Shown: piece after piece, positions 57,567 through 64,000 of the stretch
Layout of the letters: every line of letters begins with the position of its first letter
Numbering within the stretch: the first letter of the stretch is position 1
Assembly (NCBI GenBank): GCA_964514585.1
Contig: CAZETU010000001.1
Coordinates: forward strand, 18,523 to 82,522
Direction of reading: 5' to 3'
Length of the DNA stretch: 64,000 nucleotides
DNA from: Candidatus Woesearchaeota archaeon
GTDB taxonomy: Archaea; Nanobdellota; Nanobdellia; Pacearchaeales; GW2011-AR1
Notes under the pieces: generated by a model
What the model was told of the DNA's origin: nothing
Seen by the model: the letters and a program-made list of their open reading frames with translations, nothing else
The model's database searches: none
Translations under genes and position numbers: made by a program

Positions 57567-58234
57567 TCTACTTCAATTTCCCGCCGCCAAGAATATTCCC
57601 CACTAGAAGAATCTTCAAACGATTTAACCCTTAACCCCCGAGAAAACAAAGGACAATCCAAAACAAAAGTCTCGAACTCACCTCCCTCCCCAGCTGGATG
57701 AATTTTATATTTCTCCTTCAACTCACTAACCTCTTCAATAAATTTCCCATCTATCTTCCTCCCTAACCAGGAACTGTCCAGTGGATAAGCCGCGACTCCA
57801 GTAACCACAATATCAAAATCATTCTCAATCAACTCATTCAGATAAGAAATCTCCTCCTTATGCCAAAGTGGATTAATACTCTCCAACCCAAGATCCTCAC
57901 AAATTTTCCCAATCCTTGACGCCTGATATTCAGAATGCAACGCCCCAGTCACAACGCCTTCAATTCCATATTTCTCCTTAGCAATCTTAATCGCGTCAGA
58001 CAAGTCCATCAACTCCTCTTCTTTATTCCCTTTAGTCCCATGAACCAAAAGCGAAACCCCCATAACCTCAACCTGCCGTTCAGCCTTTTCAATAGAGGGA
58101 GTATGAAACATATAACTCTCCTGATTTTCAGATTTAATTACAATCGCACAAGCTAGCTCATTCCCAGCCTGCTTAGCTAAATAAGCCGCATAAACACTAT
58201 CCTTGCCACCAGAAAACAAAACTCCAAGCTTCAT
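57563..58234 (-). CDS. Diphthine--ammonia ligase (Dph6/DUF71 ATP pyrophosphatase)
   Basis: FSGGKDS, SYMFH, GALHSEYQ, HPAGEGGEFETFVLD.PLF. Confidence 0.92.
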   Translation of the reverse strand: MKLGVLFSGGKDSVYAAYLAKQAGNELACAIVIKSENQESYMFHTPSIEKAERQVEVMGVSLLVHGTKGNKEEELMDLSDAIKIAKEKYGIEGVVTGALHSEYQASRIGKICEDLGLESINPLWHKEEISYLNELIENDFDIVVTGVAAYPLDSSWLGRKIDGKFIEEVSELKEKYKIHPAGEGGEFETFVLDCPLFSRGLRVKSFEDSSSGEYSWRREIEVE

Positions 58235-58268
58235 AAAAAACAAAATAATTCACACTTTAACAAACTTA

Positions 58269-58970
58269 CTACTTCCCTTTCTTCCTAGTCTTATAATATT
58301 CTACAAAAAAAGAAGTAACAAAAATATTAATAATCATGGAAACAATCATGCTAACAATAGTTCCAAGAGAAACAAATATCCCAGATTCTAAAGAAGAACT
58401 AAAAATACTTGACGCAATCCAATTAATAATACCCATAAAGAATACAATAATAATCCCATACCAAAGCGTTCTCCACCAATTATCTCTAACTAAATCAAAA
58501 CTAGCCCCAAGAGATTCCACAATCCCTTTATCTTCAAGCACAAAAATATAAAATCCAAAAACCCAGAAAACTAAAAATACGACACCAGGAATAATCAATA
58601 ATAAAAATAGTAAAGAAACAAAAATAGCAAAAACTAAATAAAACAGAAATGAAGACCAAACTTTCCCCTTAGAAACACTCAGAATATTTTTTTTCTTCCC
58701 AGCAAAATAAAGAACCAAATACACCTCAACAAATATATACAAAAAAACAGAAACAATAATAAAAAATAGCAAAAACAACAATGCACCAAAACCTAGTGTT
58801 TTTTCAAACCCAATCCTATACACGCCAAAAACAAATGTCATAATTAAGGAAAGAATAAATGTAGGAATAATATAATATTTTAACCCGACAGAAAAACAAT
58901 CCTTAAATCCTTTTTTAAAATTATTAACGGCCGAAGAAAATAAATCTCCAAACCCAACCTTGTTTTCCAT
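58269..58970 (-). CDS. Multi-TM hypothetical membrane protein
   Basis: LLLIIPGVVFLVFW...GIVESL..S..LV...WW motif. Confidence 0.8.
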   Translation of the reverse strand: MENKVGFGDLFSSAVNNFKKGFKDCFSVGLKYYIIPTFILSLIMTFVFGVYRIGFEKTLGFGALLFLLFFIIVSVFLYIFVEVYLVLYFAGKKKNILSVSKGKVWSSFLFYLVFAIFVSLLFLLLIIPGVVFLVFWVFGFYIFVLEDKGIVESLGASFDLVRDNWWRTLWYGIIIVFFMGIINWIASSIFSSSLESGIFVSLGTIVSMIVSMIINIFVTSFFVEYYKTRKKGK

Positions 58971-59043
58971 AAAAACATTAGTAAAAACCGTATTATAAAA
59001 CTTACTAATTGTAAACAAATTCAGAATCGTCAACCTTGATTGC

Positions 59044-59385
59044 TTAAGATAATGGCTCAGGAACTTTCTTAACGGGAACCTTCCACTTTTCCTTCGGCCC
59101 ACGAAAAAAGAAATAGGCAACAATTAAAATAATCAGGATAAAAACACCCATTGCTGCTAAAGCATAATAAAAATTATCCGTATACCTTGTAGAGACAACC
59201 TCACCCTTAACATCATCAATATACTCAGAATCAGAATTATCAGCAGGAAGATCTACATTATTCGGCTCTTCATATAAAACAGACTCACCTTCAGAATCAT
59301 TGCCAAAACTATCCCAATCATCAGTCGCATAAACCAGACCAACAGCCAAAACTAACACCAATAAAACTCCCCATCCTTTTTTCAT
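59044..59385 (-). CDS. Small secreted protein with acidic ectodomain and C-terminal TM
   Basis: Signal peptide, D/E-rich stretch, TM, basic tail. Confidence 0.75.
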   Translation of the reverse strand: MKKGWGVLLVLVLAVGLVYATDDWDSFGNDSEGESVLYEEPNNVDLPADNSDSEYIDDVKGEVVSTRYTDNFYYALAAMGVFILIILIVAYFFFRGPKEKWKVPVKKVPEPLS

Positions 59386-59418
59386 AAATTTCTTAAACCT
59401 ACTTTATTTAATAACTTT

Positions 59419-60336
59419 ATGGCATCCACTAACCAATCCCCATTTTACCAAAGAGCGGAACAAGAATTTCACGAAGCAACAAGCGACTGCGAAAGAATAG
59501 CATGCTTAGAGATAATGATGAAGGAAGTCCCAAAACACAAATCATCTGAAAACATGAGAAAAAATCTAACAAACCGTTATAAAAAATTAAAAAACAATGT
59601 CGAAAAACAGAAAAAATCTGGCAAAGGCGGACAGGCTGGAATAAAAAAAGCAGATATGCAATGCGTTGTCACGGGGTTCCCCAACGTCGGCAAATCAACA
59701 ATATTCAATCTCCTAAGCGAAAAAAACAAATCCGAAGTCTCACCCCACCAATTCACGACATTCAAACCAAACCTCGGAACATTCAAGTTCGAAGACGCTC
59801 AAATCCAAATCATCGACGACGCGCCATTCCCAAATCAAGACAAATCCCTAATTAACTCAACCGACACTCTTCTAATAATTATCGACTCTCTTAATCAAAT
59901 AAAAGAATCCGATAAATACCTATGGAAATCAAAAGCAAAAAAAATATACATCTACAACAAGATAGAAGAATTAAATCCGACAGAGCTTCGAAAATTAAAA
60001 GCAACTCTAAAATCAAAATACAAAAACCTCAAAACATGGTTCATTAACAAAAATTCAAACAAAATCGAGATAAATTTACTTAAAAAAGAAATCTTCGAAA
60101 CATTCCCCATTATCAGGGTCTACACAAAAGAACCAAGAAAACAAGCGAGTAAAGACCCAATGATTCTAAAAGAAAAATCCACATTCAAAGACGCCGCAGA
60201 AAAAATCCTCAAAGGAATGTCATCGAAAATAAAACGGGCAAGAGTATGGGGACCATCATCAAAATTCGGAGGACAAGTAATCGGACTCGAACACAAACTC
60301 AAAGACAAAGATATAATTGAATTCCAAACAAAATGA
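59419..60336 (+). CDS. DRG/OBG-family GTPase with TGS domain
   Basis: PKHKSSENMR, GFPNVGKST, FTT, RVYTKEP, VWGPSSKFGGQ...H.LKD.DIIE. Confidence 0.92.
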   Translation: MASTNQSPFYQRAEQEFHEATSDCERIACLEIMMKEVPKHKSSENMRKNLTNRYKKLKNNVEKQKKSGKGGQAGIKKADMQCVVTGFPNVGKSTIFNLLSEKNKSEVSPHQFTTFKPNLGTFKFEDAQIQIIDDAPFPNQDKSLINSTDTLLIIIDSLNQIKESDKYLWKSKAKKIYIYNKIEELNPTELRKLKATLKSKYKNLKTWFINKNSNKIEINLLKKEIFETFPIIRVYTKEPRKQASKDPMILKEKSTFKDAAEKILKGMSSKIKRARVWGPSSKFGGQVIGLEHKLKDKDIIEFQTK

Positions 60337-60611
60337 AATTTGCAAAAATTACACTCATCCTAACCCTCATCGGCATCCTGCTCCTAATTATAATTACTCA
60401 AAACCCACAAACAATAACAGGCAAAATCAAAACAATAAAATACAACAACGAATTAACCGAGCTCACCCTAAACAACACCAACACAAGCATAATAATTTTC
60501 ACAAACGACTTTATAGACTTAAAAAAAGATGACAAAGTCTTACTAGAAGGAAAAGAAAGTATATACAAAAATCAAAAACAATTCACCGTCAATAAAATTT
60601 ACAAAATATAG
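60333..60611 (+). CDS. Membrane-anchored small OB-fold-like protein
   Basis: N-terminal TM followed by a beta-rich ITGKIK...LKKDDKVLLEG domain. Confidence 0.65.
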   Translation: MKFAKITLILTLIGILLLIIITQNPQTITGKIKTIKYNNELTELTLNNTNTSIIIFTNDFIDLKKDDKVLLEGKESIYKNQKQFTVNKIYKI

Positions 60612-60618
60612 AATAAAA

Positions 60619-62349
60619 CTATTTCTTAGGTTTTTTTGATTTCTCCGTCTTTTTTGATTTTTTTGGTTTGTCTGACTCCCTTATTCTATGCAACACAAAC
60701 CATAGAATAAGCAACAAAATAATCACAAACACAACAGCTAACGTCCAAAGGATATCCCCCATTAAAGGAAATTCCTCTTCAGATAAAACGACAAAAAACC
60801 AAGCACTCGAACTCGCTACCTCACCCTCATAAGTCACCTTCACATAAAACATATAATTCCCAGGTTTTATATTTCCTGGAAGCCGAAAATTTTTCACAAA
60901 ACTCGCCTGCGTTTCCACAGCCATAGTTTCTTGCTCGCTAATTACAACATTACCATCCTCATCCATTATCACACACACAACATCAACATCAACCCTCTCC
61001 GTGCCCCCCATATTATACAAAGATACTTCCGCAGCAAATTCATCACTAGGAACAACATACAAAAACTGACTTGGTATTTTTGCCTTAACATCAAATAATG
61101 GCGCCTTGCTTTCAATCTCTATTGCAATCAAAAGTTCTTTCTCAACCCCCTCAGTCCTCACAATAATTTTGCCAATATACAAATCGGGAAATGCGTCCTC
61201 CCTCGCTATAAAATCCAAAATAATCTCCCTAACCTCTCCTCTCTTCAAATAAAAATCCGCGTTAACTACTCTTATAAAATCGGCAAGTTCATTATTTTCA
61301 ACCTCCACCCAAAAATCACGATTCCCCGTATTTACTATCACTATCTTTTGTTGCTTTGTTTCTCCCTGTTTAAAAGAAACTTTTATTTTTTCTTCATTTA
61401 AATCAAAATCTCGGAAGAGCACACCTCCCACAATTCCACTAGAAGAAGAGGGCGGGGAAGGTATATTAGGAATCTCAACAACCGGAGTCTCCTCTACGGT
61501 ATAAATCGAAGAACTACTAACATTAAACTTTAACGTACCTCCAGAATAACTCTCAGCAACACATTCAGACGAAGAACACACAACACCATTCTTCAATATC
61601 CTAGGATTAGAAAAACTCAAACCATAAATCCACAACGTAGCCGCCTTATCAAAATTCGGTAAAGCGATAGGATTTATCTCAATCCTATTAGACGAAATAT
61701 CAGTATTAACATTCAAATCAAGAATACCGTCACTAGAATTCTCATCATCTGTCAAGTTGATAGCTTCATTAAATGAAATCTTTCCGTAAATTGGCTGATG
61801 CAATATAACCCCGTCTAAATTCTGCAATTCCTCATAAGAATAGTCAAAAAAATCGGTCGACTCCCCCTTCTTTTCATTCCTTCGCATTTCAAATACATCC
61901 TCTCCCAAATCCTCACTCGTTTCATACTCATCGTCTATTATAACAAAAAGTCCCGAGTCAACAAAAAAACTCACACTCTTTGAAGTTATGTTACCAAAAC
62001 TACCATTAGCATACAAATAGAGAGTGTGAGCGCCCTGAGAGACGTTAAAATAGACATTAGAAGTTATCGTTATATTAGACAAATCATCCAAATTATACCA
62101 AACAGCATCTTCCCCTCCCACAAAATAACTTAACAAAAGAGACTCATTAAACAAGTAAGTTGCATTCTGAGGAGAAAATATTGTCAAAGTAGGAGAATAA
62201 GCTGTCACAGAAATATTTAAACCAACCGAACGGGTTGCATCACCAGTTATAGACTCACCAGTAATAAGATCAACATCTGACCCCTCCACAAAATTTACAA
62301 ACAATAAAAATAATAACAGTAAAATAAAAAATCCTCTTCTCATAAACAA
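60619..62349 (-). CDS. Multi-domain Ig-like surface protein with C-terminal TM
   Basis: Signal peptide, NxS/T-rich beta domains, APLFDVK...PGNY.FYV, TM plus Lys tail. Confidence 0.82.
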   Translation of the reverse strand: MFMRRGFFILLLLFLLFVNFVEGSDVDLITGESITGDATRSVGLNISVTAYSPTLTIFSPQNATYLFNESLLLSYFVGGEDAVWYNLDDLSNITITSNVYFNVSQGAHTLYLYANGSFGNITSKSVSFFVDSGLFVIIDDEYETSEDLGEDVFEMRRNEKKGESTDFFDYSYEELQNLDGVILHQPIYGKISFNEAINLTDDENSSDGILDLNVNTDISSNRIEINPIALPNFDKAATLWIYGLSFSNPRILKNGVVCSSSECVAESYSGGTLKFNVSSSSIYTVEETPVVEIPNIPSPPSSSSGIVGGVLFRDFDLNEEKIKVSFKQGETKQQKIVIVNTGNRDFWVEVENNELADFIRVVNADFYLKRGEVREIILDFIAREDAFPDLYIGKIIVRTEGVEKELLIAIEIESKAPLFDVKAKIPSQFLYVVPSDEFAAEVSLYNMGGTERVDVDVVCVIMDEDGNVVISEQETMAVETQASFVKNFRLPGNIKPGNYMFYVKVTYEGEVASSSAWFFVVLSEEEFPLMGDILWTLAVVFVIILLLILWFVLHRIRESDKPKKSKKTEKSKKPKK

Positions 62350-62392
62350 AGAATATAAATCATCTATTTAAAATTAATTACTTCTCAAAAAT

Positions 62393-62971
62393 TTATTTCT
62401 TCTTAAACTTAAACCAAATTATCAATATTGCCAAAATTGCTATTCCTGCTATCAAATAAATCACCCAAGAACTTGAACTTTCCGGCGCAGGCATATTCAT
62501 TGCAGCTAATTCCTCAGCTGATGGAACAACAACAACATCAAAACCCTTCCCAACGCTACTACCAAGACCAAAAGTTCCAGACTCGCCTTCCGTTACAGTA
62601 TTAAATGTTATTTCCACAGAATAAATATCCCCTATCTCGGCATCACCCGGAACAGTTACTTTTGCCATCACATCTACAGAACCACCGACAACCACAAGAA
62701 CATCACTTGAATCAATTAATTTCATAACCTCCGATCCCTTTCCTATACTTGGCCTAACAGTAATATCCTCAGGCCCTGGTCCATTTTGCAAATTAAAACT
62801 TATATCTCTTGTCTCTCCCGCAGAAAGTTGTAACGGATGATCCTGATGATAAGCAGAACCAATACCAAAAGCAGAGACATAGCTAGCAAACAAAACAACA
62901 GACATTATCAATACTAAAACTGACAACCCTGTCTTTTTCACCTTCATTTTTCCCTCAATTTGTTTTTTCAT
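62393..62971 (-). CDS. Surface protein with signal peptide and C-terminal TM
   Basis: VSAFGIGSAY..., TM plus FKFKKK. Confidence 0.8.
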   Translation of the reverse strand: MKKQIEGKMKVKKTGLSVLVLIMSVVLFASYVSAFGIGSAYHQDHPLQLSAGETRDISFNLQNGPGPEDITVRPSIGKGSEVMKLIDSSDVLVVVGGSVDVMAKVTVPGDAEIGDIYSVEITFNTVTEGESGTFGLGSSVGKGFDVVVVPSAEELAAMNMPAPESSSSWVIYLIAGIAILAILIIWFKFKKK

Positions 62972-62977
62972 CTTTTA

Positions 62978-64000
62978 TTATAATATTTGAACTACCCAAT
63001 TCCACTCAGTTTCATTCGCAGTTGAATATGCCTGCGTTGAAAGTTCACTTCCAGCCAACTTTAAACAAAAATACAATTCCTCTTGTCCTGTACTACCATC
63101 ATTTAAAGTATAATTACCTTTTGATAAATTTGCTATAGCGATTCCCTCATAAGAATTCCTATCCATTGCAGTTCCCGCACATTCTATTGAACTTCCAGTT
63201 GCATGACTAACTGAAAAATTATTCGCCCATAATGCCTCTGCCGAAGTAGTCTCGCCTCTTAGATTAGAAGAATTTATTGATATACTCGTCGCAACTATAT
63301 CATCATTCCCAGTATTATTCAAAACCAAAGGATCATTATTTGATGTCTGATTCGTAGCGCCAGGAGTTATACCATCCCAAGTTAAACCAGAAGGGCTCAT
63401 AACAAACGCCGTCCTTTCACCAACATAAAAATTAGTCGAAGTATTTGTAGCAGAGTTAGATTGATTATCTTCAACGTAAGCAATTATATCCCACGAACCA
63501 GTACCGTCAAACCACCACATCGTTACATTACAAGTGTAGTTCGCATAATCCCCTGAAGATTCATACATTTCACAAGAAGCATTTTCTCTAGTTGTTTCGC
63601 CACCACTCGAAAAATTTATCAATGCTGTACTATGATTCAAATTTCCAGCACCAGAAATAGAATAGGCCGTAAAATTAATAATTACACTCGACAAAGCCGG
63701 AGCTTCATTAGGACCCGAATTTAAATAACCAGCAACCGTCTTCAAAACAGCATGCCCCATATTCTTATCAGCCTCATTTGTATGTAAATTTCGCCGTAAA
63801 GTCGACTTAAATTCCAAATTGTCTTGCTCACCCCTCTCACACAATCGAAGAATCATATCCGAAGAATATTCAAGATATCTCTTAGACCTCAATCTCCTAA
63901 AACTGTTCAGCATAAAATTCTTAGTAAAAAAATTAGAAAAACTTTTCTCACCAGATCTTAAATACAAAAACCCAAAAACAGAAACAGCAACGCCACCAAA
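62978..64000 (-). CDS. Chimeric ORF, 5' end beyond the window: TM + truncated AlbA_2/Schlafen domain fused to an S-layer-like Asn/Thr-rich domain
   Basis: Frame open to base 64000 (FGGVAVSVFGFLYL); GEQDNLEFKSTLR...LKTVAGYLNSG switches to PNEAPALSSVIINFTAY near 63715. Confidence 0.7.
   Translation of the reverse strand, partial: FGGVAVSVFGFLYLRSGEKSFSNFFTKNFMLNSFRRLRSKRYLEYSSDMILRLCERGEQDNLEFKSTLRRNLHTNEADKNMGHAVLKTVAGYLNSGPNEAPALSSVIINFTAYSISGAGNLNHSTALINFSSGGETTRENASCEMYESSGDYANYTCNVTMWWFDGTGSWDIIAYVEDNQSNSATNTSTNFYVGERTAFVMSPSGLTWDGITPGATNQTSNNDPLVLNNTGNDDIVATSISINSSNLRGETTSAEALWANNFSVSHATGSSIECAGTAMDRNSYEGIAIANLSKGNYTLNDGSTGQEELYFCLKLAGSELSTQAYSTANETEWNWVVQIL

Overview
Archaeal chromosomal segment, most likely from a reduced DPANN genome (Pacearchaeota/Woesearchaeota-like). 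This is an inference from archaeal informational genes, the absence of biosynthetic genes and the locus types; no rRNA is present to confirm it. Housekeeping content: rpl44e, rps3ae, rps15, rps27e, aIF2a, Nop10, EF1b, ndk, FtsY, SRP54, Bud32, GINS, RecJ/Cdc45-like DHH, family 4 UDG, RadA, RPA, split Hef, M16 peptidase, Dph6-like ligase, DRG GTPase and three tRNAs (Val-GAC, Thr-TGT, Gln-TTG). The accessory content is mostly cell-surface machinery. (1) A ~17 kb type IV pilus-like locus holds a prepilin peptidase, an ATPase, a membrane platform, 11 tandem pilin-like genes (two of them tiny and missing from the ORF track) and unnamed accessory genes. (2) A dispersed family of five large proteins combines a pilin-type leader, shared LamG/Cys-rich modules and, in the three largest complete members, different compositionally foreign C-terminal domains that look glycan-active. 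This is the best candidate for an undescribed system. (3) A giant Cys/Trp-rich surface protein gene appears split by a ~1.2 kb AT-rich phage-like insert. Also notable: two or three strongly structured intergenic elements (candidate ncRNAs), an ArmA/Rmt-like rRNA methyltransferase, an RHH-GNAT pair, a chimeric AlbA_2/surface-protein ORF at the right edge, and a strong A+C bias of the + strand across the window. All protein calls come from motif recognition by eye; no database search was run.
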